A stretch of DNA of 64,000 nucleotides from Deltaproteobacteria bacterium (GTDB lineage Bacteria > Myxococcota > UBA727 > VGSZ01). The notes below the pieces were generated by a model. The model made no database searches, was not told the DNA's origin, and was given only the letters and a program-made list of their open reading frames with translations. Below are positions 43,720 through 54,696 of this stretch, in pieces; the stretch's first letter is position 1; each line of letters opens with the position of its first letter. Both the position numbers and the translations under genes were made by a program. The stretch covers positions 158,374 to 222,373 of the forward strand of contig JACOUT010000005.1 of NCBI GenBank assembly GCA_016177705.1, given 5' to 3'.

Positions 43720-45438
43720 CTACGGTTCGCCCTCGAGCTTGCCGGTCGGCTCGTCGAACACGTCGCCCGGCTTGCTCGCGGCTTGCGCGGCTGCGCTCGG
43801 CGCGGTGTCGCCGTCGTCGATGGTGACCGCAGCGGCGGCGGCGGGGTTCTTCCTGGTCGTTGCCTCGGCCGCCGGCAGCGCGCGCGCGGGGGGCGTCGCC
43901 GGGCTCGGCAGCGCGCGCTCGTCTGGTGGCGTGACCTTGGCGCCGCGCCACAAGGAGAAGGCGCCCTGTCGCTTGTGCGCCACCTCGGGCAGCGGCAGCG
44001 TCTCCGAGATCTCACGCGTGCGCAGCTCGACGATGCTGGCGCGCGCGCGCTCGGGCGCCACCACCGCGCGCGACAGCGGCCGCAGTTGGTCGTTGGCGAC
44101 CGCGAAGGCCGGCTTGCCCTCGGGGAAGAAGTAGAGGTTCTGCTCGGGGCGGATCTGCAAGTGCTCGCGCAACAGGTCGTAGTCGACGTGCGGCAACAGC
44201 TCCATGCCGACGGGCAGGAAGATCTGCGGGTAGCTCTCGGTCATCGGTTGGCCGAACGGGATGCCATGAACGCCGCGCCGGTTGATGACGATGATGTAGT
44301 TACCGGCGATGACCGCCTCGTAGGTGCGCAGGATGGCGGCCGGCAGCAAGTAGACGAGCTTGCGAAACCACGGCAGCCGCTCGACCTCGATGAGCAGCGC
44401 CGTGGTGGCCGCAGCCGCGCGCGGCAACCGCGCCAGGCGCAGCTCGACGTCGAGCGAGTCGATGGTCTGTGCCGGCGCCGCTTCAGGCGGCGCCAGCACG
44501 CCCTCGCGGCCGCGCACGGTGACGTCGACCAGGTCACGTACGTCCACCGCCTCGTCGCCCACGTGGAGCTGCTCGACCTTCTCGGGCGGTCCCCAGAAGA
44601 GCACGGTGGTGTCGTCGGCAAACGCATGGCCCACGCTCTCGAGCGCGATGGGGTGACGGAAGCCCCACTCGACCAGCAGGTGCGGCTGGTACGGAACGAA
44701 CACGCGCATGCCGGGCGTGCGCGACACCAGCGTGGCGACGTGCCGCGGCATGCCCTCGCAGGTGACGAGCTGCACCTCGCGCTGCGCGCCGGTGAACAGG
44801 CTCCTTTTTGCGCTGGCGGCGCTGGTCACTGTCGCCGAGATCTGGCGCGCCCACAGGTACCGACACAGCGGCTTGGCCAGGCCCTGCTCGCAGCGCACCA
44901 CCAGGCGCGCGTGTGCCTCCTTGTCCTTCTCCGCGGCCGACAGCGGGCGCGGCGACAGCCCGAGCACGAGGTCGACGAGCCGAATGGCCCGGCCGAAGCT
45001 CCGACGATCCGCGCCCGCCTCACCGTAGAGCACAAGGTCGCCGGGATCGGGCACCAGCTCGTCGGAGCCGCCGAGGTCGTAGCCGAGCGGTGAACGTCGG
45101 TCGCGGTAGGGGACGTAGTGCGCGTCGGTACCGGTGAAGGGGCGGCCCTTATGCATGCGCGCCGCCTGCGCGGCGCGATCAGCGGCGTAGCTGCCGGCCA
45201 CCTCGAAGGTGACGCACAGCTCGCGCCCGCCGCGCTCCGAGATCGCCTCCTTGATCTCGAGCGTAGCCAGGATCTCGTCGAGCGACACCTCGCGAGAGTA
45301 GGAGCGGAAGAAGCCGACGGCGCGCGCGACGTCAGGAAAGAAGAGCGCGAGGCGACGCCCCATGACGACGCCGCGTTCGTCCGCCGCGAGACCGGGGCAG
45401 TGGGTGCGGGCCTGGCCGAGGCTGATCGGCTCGAGCAT
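43720..45438 (-). CDS. Conserved hypothetical protein
   Basis: Assigned from the ATG at 45438 (MLEPISLGQ...). It is 572 aa with no recognisable domain. It is divergent from zapA. Confidence 0.45.
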   Translation of the reverse strand: MLEPISLGQARTHCPGLAADERGVVMGRRLALFFPDVARAVGFFRSYSREVSLDEILATLEIKEAISERGGRELCVTFEVAGSYAADRAAQAARMHKGRPFTGTDAHYVPYRDRRSPLGYDLGGSDELVPDPGDLVLYGEAGADRRSFGRAIRLVDLVLGLSPRPLSAAEKDKEAHARLVVRCEQGLAKPLCRYLWARQISATVTSAASAKRSLFTGAQREVQLVTCEGMPRHVATLVSRTPGMRVFVPYQPHLLVEWGFRHPIALESVGHAFADDTTVLFWGPPEKVEQLHVGDEAVDVRDLVDVTVRGREGVLAPPEAAPAQTIDSLDVELRLARLPRAAAATTALLIEVERLPWFRKLVYLLPAAILRTYEAVIAGNYIIVINRRGVHGIPFGQPMTESYPQIFLPVGMELLPHVDYDLLREHLQIRPEQNLYFFPEGKPAFAVANDQLRPLSRAVVAPERARASIVELRTREISETLPLPEVAHKRQGAFSLWRGAKVTPPDERALPSPATPPARALPAAEATTRKNPAAAAAVTIDDGDTAPSAAAQAASKPGDVFDEPTGKLEGEP

Positions 45439-45625
45439 GTCCCGACCGTAGCAGGACACGCCCGGCCGTTGACCAGCCCGTACCGGACAAACGGCGCCCG
45501 AACGCAAGCGCGATCGAGTGTCCGCGGACGAAAAAGAAAATGTGACCAACCGACGGTCAACCGTTTGACACGACCTCGCCCGCGCTCGTACCGTTTGGTC
45601 TCGACGAGCGGGGAAACGAACGACG

Positions 45626-46023
45626 TGAAGCGCAAAGTCGACGTCACCCTGCTGGGGCACCGCTTCACCGTGAAGACGGATCGCGACGAGGCCTTTGTGC
45701 GCGGCCTGGCCACCCATGTCGGCCGCCGCATCGACGAGGTGCGCCGCACCATGAAGACCTCGCCACCCGAGGCGGTGGCGTTGCTCGCCGGGCTATTGAT
45801 CGCCGAGGAGCTGTTCGAGGAACGCGAGCGCGCGGCCGGCAGTCGCGCCGACGTTCGTCGCGCCACCGAGGCGATGATCGAAAAGCTGACTGCCGCGCTC
45901 GGCGATGGCGCGCTCGATCGTTTGCCGGAGCCGCGCGCCGACGTGCGCGGCTCGCTGCGTGACACCGAGCGCGACGACGACGAGATTGTGCTCGCGGCCG
46001 CACCGGTCTCCCGACAGGTTTGA
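45626..46023 (+). CDS. zapA: Cell-division protein ZapA-like
   Basis: From the GTG at 45626 it opens VKRKVDVTLLGHRFTVKTDRDEAFVRGLATHVGRRIDEV, matching the ZapA N-terminal pattern. A coiled-coil tail follows. Confidence 0.55.
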
Positions 46024-46065
46024 TCGTCGTCACCGGTGCTGCTCGCGTGAGCGCGGGGCGTCAGC

Positions 46066-47244
<1,179 letters not shown>

Positions 47245-47279
47245 CCGTCGAGCCTACCAGGTCGATGCCTGCCGCCTCG

Positions 47280-48083
47280 CTATCGCAGCGCCGTCAGGCC
47301 GCCGGCAGCCAGCGCGATCAACATGCCCAAGACGAGCAGCGCGCGCAGCCAGCGCAGCGCTACGCGCCGTGTTGCGGGGGACGGCGGTGGTCGCACGGCC
47401 ATGAACGCCGCCGCCATCTGCAAGAGCGCGCAGCCGCCCACCACGACGTTGACGAAGCCCTTGACGTCGGCGACGTCGAGCAAGGCGCCCATGACCACCA
47501 GCGCGTTCAGCACGACGTGTGGCCACGGCGTGCGCAGCCAGCGCAGCAGCAGCAGGCCGACGAGGTTGGCGCCCGCGATGGCGGGGAAGAACAGCAGGTC
47601 GGGGTCCCGCACCACCTCCCGCAGGGCGAAGACCGTGATCATGGAGTGTGCGCCGATGTCGGCGATGGCGAGCACGGTGGCGACGAACAGCATCGGCTCC
47701 CGCCCGCGCAGGCGCCGGCCGAGGCGTGACAGCAGGAGCAGCGCGCCGCCCGACGGCAGCGCGAGCAGTGCACCCATCTCGGAGCGGCCGTGGCCTGCGA
47801 GGCTCAGCGCCAGGCCGCAGACGAACGAGCCCCAGAGCGCCGCCCGCACCAGCGCCTGCGCCCAGCGCGCGCGCAGCGGGATGAGCGTGCCGGAGGTGGC
47901 GACGGCGGCCGCGATGAGCGCGAGGGAAGGGTTCCAGTCGAGGCGCAGCACCGTCAGCCAAGCGAGGCCGGAGAGCGCCGTCAGCCCGATGGAGATGACG
48001 CGCCACGGCATGACCCGCGCGCGCACGCGTGCGCGCAGCCGCGGCGTGGGGCCGGTGACAGGTAGGGCGGGGACGTCGGCCAT
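47280..48083 (-). CDS. Hypothetical membrane protein (6-7 TM)
   Basis: It has hydrophobic helices throughout. It lies between the HEXXH lipoprotein gene and the CTLD lipoprotein gene on the same strand. Confidence 0.45.
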   Translation of the reverse strand: MADVPALPVTGPTPRLRARVRARVMPWRVISIGLTALSGLAWLTVLRLDWNPSLALIAAAVATSGTLIPLRARWAQALVRAALWGSFVCGLALSLAGHGRSEMGALLALPSGGALLLLSRLGRRLRGREPMLFVATVLAIADIGAHSMITVFALREVVRDPDLLFFPAIAGANLVGLLLLRWLRTPWPHVVLNALVVMGALLDVADVKGFVNVVVGGCALLQMAAAFMAVRPPPSPATRRVALRWLRALLVLGMLIALAAGGLTALR

Positions 48084-48140
48084 CGACCCTTGGCAACGAG
48101 CGAGCGGCGACGGCGGTTCCCCGGCCGGATCAGCAGGCCG

Positions 48141-49416
48141 TCAGCGCGTCAGGCGCACGGTCAGCGCCAAGGGCGCCGTCGAGCGCGCGTCGACGTCGGT
48201 CGGGCCGTCCGGCAGCGCCGTGACGGCCAACGTGCGCGGCAGCGTCACCGCCGCTGGCAGCGTGAGCACGTCGCCGTCCGCGGCGTCGCCGGGGAGCGCC
48301 TGCACCACTACGCGCGCGCCCGCGGGCACGCCCTCGACGTCGAGCGTGACGCTGCCCTCGCCCGACACCGCGAGGTAGGAGGTGCCGAGCAGCGCCGGTC
48401 GCACGACGATGCTGGTGGGACCGGTCGCGTCGACCGAGCCGACCTCGACCTCGGGGTAAAGCGCGCCGCGCGCGAAGTGCGCGCCGTCGTCGCGCGCGCC
48501 GGTGTACCACCGCCAACGCGCGTAGCGCGGCACCGTGTCGAGGAAGCTCATGCCGTGGGGCGCCAGCAGCGCGTCGAGCGCGTCCTGATAGTCGGGGTCT
48601 TCGCCGGCCGGTGACGGCATGCCCTGCCACATCTGCGCGAGGAAAGCGCTGTCGCCGTCGAACACCCCCTGCTGCAGGAACACCAGGTAGAGCGCTTGGC
48701 CGTACATGAACCAGCCGGCGTAGCCGTCGTCGAGGTCGATGGGCAGCTCCGGTGACTCTTGGATCTCCTCGAGCGCGAATTCCCAGGAGTCGTGGCAGCC
48801 GGCCACCGTGTCCTCGACGAAGGTGGCGGACATCTCGTAGACCACGGCCGCGTCCCACCAATCGAGCGCCGCCTGGCTCATGTGGTGCAGCTCGTGCAGC
48901 GCGGTGCAGCGCAGCACGTCGCCGCCGTAGGGGCCGTAGGGGTCGACCACCATCATGGTGGCGTAGTCCTCGGTGGCGGTGGCGGCACGCTCGGCCACCA
49001 CGTCGACGAACGACTCCTCGTGGCCGGCCCACAAGAAGACGTCGAGGCGCTCGTCCTCGCCACAGCCATACCCACCGTCGTCCGTGGTGTCGGGCAGCGG
49101 CTCGGCGAGGCCGAGCTCGTCGATCTCGAGCCGCCAGCCCTCCTCGAGGTAGCCGAGCAGGCGCTCCGCCTCGGCGCGCTCGTCGGCGCGGCGGAAGTGC
49201 AGCAAGAGCGGCGTCACCGTCGAGGTCAGCGCGTGCGGGAAGGCGTCCAGCCGATCGCACGGCCAGGTGGCGAAGGGCAGCTCCTCCGTCGAGTCCGGCA
49301 CCGGCTCGCCCTCGCCCTCTCCTTCGCCCTCGTCGCCGGGCGGTTCGGGCGGCGGCGCGGGGCAGGCGCTGACGATAGCGACAGCAAGCAGCGTGAAGCG
49401 GCGCACGCGCCGAGCA
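48141..49416 (-). CDS. Putative zinc-metalloprotease-like lipoprotein (HEXXH)
   Basis: Its proposed GTG start at 49416 gives a lipobox (LLAVAIVSACP). A GDEGEGEGEGE linker follows. An HELHH motif is present (LRCTALHELHHMSQAAL). Confidence 0.5.
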
Positions 49417-49495
49417 TGGCACCGGGCGCGCGCCTGTCGACTCCCCGCGACGCACGATGGCGCCGCGAACGACCGCAGCAAGCCACCGCGGCGAG

Positions 49496-50517
49496 CTACC
49501 GCCGCGCGCGGCGTCGGCGGACCAGCGCCAACGCCAGCGTGGCCAGCGGCAACGCTCCAGCGGCGCCAGACTGCGCGCAGTCGATGCGGATCAGGTCGTC
49601 GTCGCCATCGTCGTCCTGGTCGCCGTCCTCGCCCTCGCCCTCGGCCGGATCGGTGCCGCTCTCGGCCCGCACCACGCCGCCCTGCTCGGTGAAGCCGGCA
49701 GGAGCGCACAGCCGCTCCGTGTCGTTGGTGCCATCGCCGCACTCGACGGTGCCATCCTCGAGCAGCGCGCACGGCACCGCGCCGAGCTGCTCGACGCACA
49801 CGAGGCCGTCCGGGCAGTCCGCATCGTCCTCGCACACGATGGGCTCGAGCACGCAGGTCAGCTCGCCCGAGCTCTCGCAGCTGCACTGCTCAGGCACCGA
49901 CGGGTCGCTGCTCGCTGTGCAGGTGCACAGCTCGACGGCCTCGCAGGTGAAGCCCGGTCCGCAGTCGGCGTCCACCGCGCAGCCGTCGAGCCAGCGCGGC
50001 CCGCAGAAGGAGACGGTCTCCGACGTGCAGGTGGGCTCCTCGGGCGGCGGGCAGTCGCAGGGCGGATCGTTCGACGGATCGCCGTCGCCGTCGTCGGGGC
50101 AGACGCAGCCGCCGCCCGTGCAGGTCTCCCAGGTCTCGGTGATGCACACCTCGCCGCCGGCGCAATCGGCGTCGCTGGCGCAGCCGGCCGGCGGATCCTC
50201 TCCAGTCGGCAGGCACTTGCCGACGCCGTCGCAGACGGTGGGATCGCACAGCGGGTCGTCGACGGGACAGCCGGCACAGGCGGTCTCGAGGATCTCGCAC
50301 ACCTCGCCTGCGTCGCACTCGAGGTCGCTCGCGCACAGCGTCAGGCACTTGTAGGCGCAGTCTTCGTTGGCCTGACAGCGCACACAAGTGTCGCCCAGCT
50401 CGCAGGTGACGGTGCACTGCTCGACGGGAGGCACCGGCTGCGCGCGCGCGGCCGTGGCCGCGAGGCAGGGGACGAGCGCCAGCGGGAGCAGGAAGGGGGT
50501 GACGTTGAAAGCACGCA
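49496..50517 (-). CDS. Cysteine-rich repeat secreted protein with a MYXO-CTERM tail
   Basis: From the ATG at 50517 it has a signal peptide (FLLPLALVPCLAATAARA). Repeated D-A-D-C-x-x-G-x-x-C units resemble the Myxococcus Cys-rich repeat. The C-terminal tail is IDCAQSGAAGALPLATLALALVRRRRARR. Confidence 0.65.
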
Positions 50518-50670
50518 TGAAGCCTCCGGAGCCGTCTGTTTTCGCAACAAGCGTGCCCGCGTCAGGCCGCGTCGGCTGGCCGCTGGCGGCCGCTTGTGCC
50601 GCGGGAATTCGTGGGGTGCTGGCCGCTGCTGGCTGCCGCGGCGCCCACCGCATCCGCGGGGCCGCGCCAA

Positions 50671-51429
50671 TCAGGCGGCCGTGTTCGACAGCTCGGGTGT
50701 CCTGGCGAGCAGGTAGCTGGTCCCCACGGTGCCGTCCGCGAACAGGTTGATGCTGGTGCTTTGGGCGGCGGCGAAGTCCCACCACGTCACCTCCATCTCC
50801 CCCAGCGCATACACCGGGTTGCCTCGGTACTCGCCGCGCCGCTCGAGCACCGAAGGGATCTCCCATGCACGCGTCTCACCATAGAGCCGCCGCAGCACGA
50901 GCCGCCGCACGCCGATTGCGCGGCAGCGCTCGAGGAACTCCGGCAGCTCGGGGAGGTTGTGCTCGTTCACCACGCAACTCACCTTCACCGGGATGCGGGC
51001 GCGGCGGAGGATCTCTGCCAGCGGCGGCACCTGCCGCGAGCCCATGTGCTTCTCGTAGGTGCTCGGCTCGAACGAAGGGAACGAGATGCACGCCCGGTCA
51101 TACTGGTCGAACACGTCGAGCTTCTCGAGCGCCAGCGCGCCGTTGGTGTGCAGCGAGATCCGCGGCCCCGTCGACACGCGTTCGCGCAGCAACGCCAACA
51201 GCCGCGCCTCGTGCCGATAGAGCTGGGGGTCGGTCACGGTGCCGGTGAAGACGAGCTGGCGGATGCCCCGGCGGTTCACCTCGGCGATGAACGGGTCAAG
51301 CCCAGCGAGCGGGAAGGCGTCGAGGTTGGAGACGTTGACGCGCTCGGGGAGCAGCCGCCCGATGCAATACGGGCAGCGCCGGTTGCACGGGCCGGCGAAC
51401 AAGATGTTGGCGAAGTCGCACTCAACCAA
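50671..51429 (-). CDS. Small radical-SAM enzyme (single CX3CX2C, activase-like)
   Basis: It has the CNRRCPYC motif at residues 15-22. It overlaps the upstream HemN-like gene by 8 nt. Confidence 0.75.
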   Translation of the reverse strand: MVECDFANILFAGPCNRRCPYCIGRLLPERVNVSNLDAFPLAGLDPFIAEVNRRGIRQLVFTGTVTDPQLYRHEARLLALLRERVSTGPRISLHTNGALALEKLDVFDQYDRACISFPSFEPSTYEKHMGSRQVPPLAEILRRARIPVKVSCVVNEHNLPELPEFLERCRAIGVRRLVLRRLYGETRAWEIPSVLERRGEYRGNPVYALGEMEVTWWDFAAAQSTSINLFADGTVGTSYLLARTPELSNTAA

Positions 51430-52882
51430 CGGCCGGCTCCTGGCGCGGCAGCGGGGCCCGCCGCTGGCGCGGCGGGGCCTCGTCGAGGCTCGGCGCAGTG
51501 AGCAGCCAGGCCTGCACCGACGGGGCGAAGAAGAGCGCGATGGTGCCGTTGAAGTGTCGCGCGCCGTGCGGCGTCAGCGAGAAGGCGCGGGGCGACGCCT
51601 CCATCAGTCCCTCCTCGAGCGCGAAGGCCACCTCGCGCGGATAGACGTCCTCGAAAGGGCGCTGGAACTTCGCTTGGAACGCGGCGCGGTCGACCTCGCC
51701 GAAGTAGAGGCTGACGGCCACCATCTTGGCCGCCGCGTGCTCGAGCGGCAGGTGGTAGAGGTCCTGCAGCGGGGGGATGCCCGCCTCCACCGAGCGCACC
51801 CACGGGGCGAGCGCCTTGCCGGCTGCTCCCTCCCCGTACGAGAGGGTGGTGTGGGTGAAGCTCTGTGCGCCCAAGCCGACGCCGAGGTAGGGCATGCCAT
51901 CCACGACGCGGCGCCTCAGGTAGTCGCTGGTGCCCACGTCGCCCTCGAGGCGCGAGAAGGTGTTCTTCCCCGGCCGCGCCAGGTAGCCGGCGCCCTCGAG
52001 CAGCTCACCCGCCAGTGCCGCTTGCGCGCGCACATCGCCGAGCCGCACCCGGCCCGCGTGGTGCGAGAGCCGCGTCAGCTTGTAGCGCATGCGGTAGAGC
52101 GTCACGTACTCGGGGGCCAGTGCCAGCGCGTGCTCCACCGTGGCGCGCCAGTCCTCGAGCGACTGGCCGGCGAAGCCGTACATCAGGTCGACGTTCAATT
52201 TCCGAAGGCCCGCGGCGCGAATGTTGTCCACGGCGCGCTGGTGGAGGTGTGCGCCCTGCGCGGCGCGCGCGAGCACGGACAGGAGCGATGCCTGCGTCAC
52301 CTGGATGCCGAGGCTGATGCGCCGGATGCCGGCGCGAAGATAGGCCGCGAGCTTCGCCGGCTCGGCAGCCGCCACCTTCGGCGTGGTCTCGATGCTGATG
52401 TCGACGCCGGGCGCGAAGGCGAAGCTGGCCTTCGCCTGCTCCACCAGCGCCGCGATGTCCTCGGCCGCCACCAGCGACGGGGTACCGCCGCCGATGTCGA
52501 AGCCGTGCAGCGTGCGGCGGCGGGTGTCGAGCCGCTCCCGCCAGAGGTCGAGCTCGCGGCGGAGCAGCGCCATGTAGCGGCCGGACTGGGCGAGCTGCTC
52601 GCGCTCGAGCACCGTGTACTCGCAGTAGGCGCAGCGGGCCTCGCAGAAGGGCACGTGCGCGTACAGGCAGAGGTGGTCGACGCCCTCGAACGCGGCCTGC
52701 ACCTGCTCGGCGTGCGCGTCGCGCGCACAGCGGTAGGGCGAGAGCGTCTGCCGGTGCGCGATGGGATAGGCGGTGTTGGCGACGTGGTGGTGCCGCTCGC
52801 CGGCGGCGAAGGCGGCGCGAGGGTGATGGCGGGCGGCGTCGGCGGGAGCAGGCGGCGCCCACTCCCGTCCGCGGTCGCTCAT
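51422..52882 (-). CDS. HemN/HemW-like radical-SAM protein (oxygen-independent coproporphyrinogen-oxidase-like)
   Basis: It has CEARCAYCEY (CX3CX2C) after an N-terminal extension of about 85 aa. A HemN-like body is present (GGGTPSLV, ISIETTP, the N-D-L-M-Y-G region) with a HemN_C-like tail. Confidence 0.8.
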   Translation of the reverse strand: MSDRGREWAPPAPADAARHHPRAAFAAGERHHHVANTAYPIAHRQTLSPYRCARDAHAEQVQAAFEGVDHLCLYAHVPFCEARCAYCEYTVLEREQLAQSGRYMALLRRELDLWRERLDTRRRTLHGFDIGGGTPSLVAAEDIAALVEQAKASFAFAPGVDISIETTPKVAAAEPAKLAAYLRAGIRRISLGIQVTQASLLSVLARAAQGAHLHQRAVDNIRAAGLRKLNVDLMYGFAGQSLEDWRATVEHALALAPEYVTLYRMRYKLTRLSHHAGRVRLGDVRAQAALAGELLEGAGYLARPGKNTFSRLEGDVGTSDYLRRRVVDGMPYLGVGLGAQSFTHTTLSYGEGAAGKALAPWVRSVEAGIPPLQDLYHLPLEHAAAKMVAVSLYFGEVDRAAFQAKFQRPFEDVYPREVAFALEEGLMEASPRAFSLTPHGARHFNGTIALFFAPSVQAWLLTAPSLDEAPPRQRRAPLPRQEPAVG

Positions 52883-54549
52883 CGGGCCCGCTCGCGCACC
52901 AGCGGCTGGCCGACGAGCTGCCAGGACGCGAGGCCGCCGCCGAGATAGCGCACGTCCGTCAGCCCGCGCTGCTGCAAGAGCCGCGCGGCGAGGTAGCCGC
53001 GGCGCCCGCTGTCGCAGAAGGCGACGGTGGGTCGCTTGCGGTCGAGCTCACCGACGCGCTCGCGCAGCGCCTCGAGCGGCAGGTGCACCGCGCCGGCGAT
53101 GGTGCCCGCCCGGTGCTGCTTCGACCCGCGCACGTCCACCAACTGGAAGGTGGGTGCGAGCTTGGCCAACTGCTCGGCGCCGATGGAGCGAACCCACTCC
53201 CGCCAGTGCGCAGCGGCGACGGTGGCGGCGACGTTGATCGGATCTCTGGCGGCAGAGAAGGGCGGGGCGTAGCCCAGGTCCACCTCAGCGAGCTGGTCCA
53301 CCGTCAGTCCGCCCGCGATGGCGGCGGCGGCGACGTCGATGCGCTTGTCGACGCCCGAGCGGCCGGCGCACTCGGCGCCCAACAGCCGGCCGCTGTGCCG
53401 GTTCCACACCAGCTCGACCAGCACATCGTCGGCGCCGGGGAACCACGGGTCGTGCGAGGGCGCGTGAATGGTGGTGACTTCGGCGTCCACGCCGACGTGC
53501 GCGCGCGCCTGCGCGGCCGACAGCCCGGTGCGCCCCACCACGGTGTCGAGCACGCGCACCAGCATGGTCTCGGCCGCGGCGCCCAGGCGCACCTGTGCGC
53601 CCGCTGCGTTGGCGCCCGCCACCTGTGCAGTCTTGTCCGCCAGCGCGCCCTGTGCGCTCCACACCGGTCGGCCTGTCACCGCCGACGGCACGGAGACGCA
53701 GACACCGCATGCCCAGACGTGCGGCAGCGAGGTGCGGGCCAGGGCGTCCACCAGCACCGTGCGGTCGGGCGCGAGCACGGCGCCCGCCGCCTCGAGCAGC
53801 TCGGTGCGCGGCGAGAGGCCAGCGGCGATGACCACGGCGGCCACCTCGAGCTTGGTGCCGTTGGACAGATGCAGTCGGCGCACCTTGCCGCGTGCGCTCT
53901 CCGCCCCAATCACCTCGGCGCCGAGGATGACGCGGGCCCTGGCCGCGAGCGCCGCCTCGGCGTGGCGTGCCACCTGCGTGCCGAGCTGCGGGAGCAGCCG
54001 CTGGTGGCGCTCGACGAGCGTCACCTTGGCCTTGGCGCGCACCAGGCCGTCGGCGGCCTCCACGCCCATCGAGCCGCCGCCGAGCACGGCCACTCGCCTG
54101 CCGGAGCCCGCGAGCGCCTTCTTGAGCGCGGCGAGATCGGCGAGGGTGCGAAAGGTGCGGACGTTTTTTCCCGAGAGCCCGGGCACGTCGGGGACCGGCG
54201 AGGCAGCGCCGAGCGCGAACACGAGCGCGTCGTACGGCACTGTGGTGCGCTCGCCTCCCCGCTGCACGGTCAGCACGCGCGCCGGTGCGTCGAGGGCGGT
54301 GGCCTCGGCGCCGGTCCACACTTCGACGCCGTAGACCGACGCGAAGAAGTCCGAGCGCTGGCTGTCGAGATCGGCGAGGGCCTTCACCTCGCCCGACAGG
54401 TGGTACGCGAGCCCGCCGACGGCGTAGCTGACGTGAGCGTTGCGCTCGATGAGCAGGATGCGGGCGTGCTCGTCCACCTCGCGGGCGCGCGCGGCGGCCG
54501 TGGGGCCCGACAACGCTCCCCCGACGATGACGATGGTGCGCTTGGTCAT
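52879..54549 (-). CDS. Pyridine-nucleotide-disulfide oxidoreductase (CoA-disulfide reductase/NADH-oxidase-like) fused to a C-terminal rhodanese domain
   Basis: From the ATG at 54549 it has an FAD GXGXXG (IVIVGGALSGPTAAARA) and an NAD site (VAVLGGGSMGVEAA). The C-terminal rhodanese domain has an active-site Cys (VAFCDSGRRG). It overlaps the HemN-like gene by 4 nt. Confidence 0.8.
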   Translation of the reverse strand: MTKRTIVIVGGALSGPTAAARAREVDEHARILLIERNAHVSYAVGGLAYHLSGEVKALADLDSQRSDFFASVYGVEVWTGAEATALDAPARVLTVQRGGERTTVPYDALVFALGAASPVPDVPGLSGKNVRTFRTLADLAALKKALAGSGRRVAVLGGGSMGVEAADGLVRAKAKVTLVERHQRLLPQLGTQVARHAEAALAARARVILGAEVIGAESARGKVRRLHLSNGTKLEVAAVVIAAGLSPRTELLEAAGAVLAPDRTVLVDALARTSLPHVWACGVCVSVPSAVTGRPVWSAQGALADKTAQVAGANAAGAQVRLGAAAETMLVRVLDTVVGRTGLSAAQARAHVGVDAEVTTIHAPSHDPWFPGADDVLVELVWNRHSGRLLGAECAGRSGVDKRIDVAAAAIAGGLTVDQLAEVDLGYAPPFSAARDPINVAATVAAAHWREWVRSIGAEQLAKLAPTFQLVDVRGSKQHRAGTIAGAVHLPLEALRERVGELDRKRPTVAFCDSGRRGYLAARLLQQRGLTDVRYLGGGLASWQLVGQPLVRERAR

Positions 54550-54696
54550 GGCGTCCCCCTCCCGTGGCGGCGGATAGCAGCCGCGCGAGAGCGATAGCGC
54601 CCCTGACGGCTCGCTGCGAGGTGGCACACGCTGCAAGGGGACGCGGTGGTCATCGCCGAGCACGGACACCGCGGCGGGCAGCAGCACGAGGTGCCC

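Noticed and set aside
42838-45093. 751-aa plus-strand ORF opposite the two hypothetical genes
   Set aside because: It has the same Arg-rich artefact composition. The minus-strand frames have balanced amino-acid composition and abutting coding junctions, so they are preferred.
54618-54636. Plus-strand TGGCACACGCTGCAAG sigma54-like motif between the rSAM operon start and the activator stop
   Set aside because: The GG-to-GC spacing is 8 rather than 10. The orientation would drive transcription antisense into the activator gene. It is probably fortuitous.
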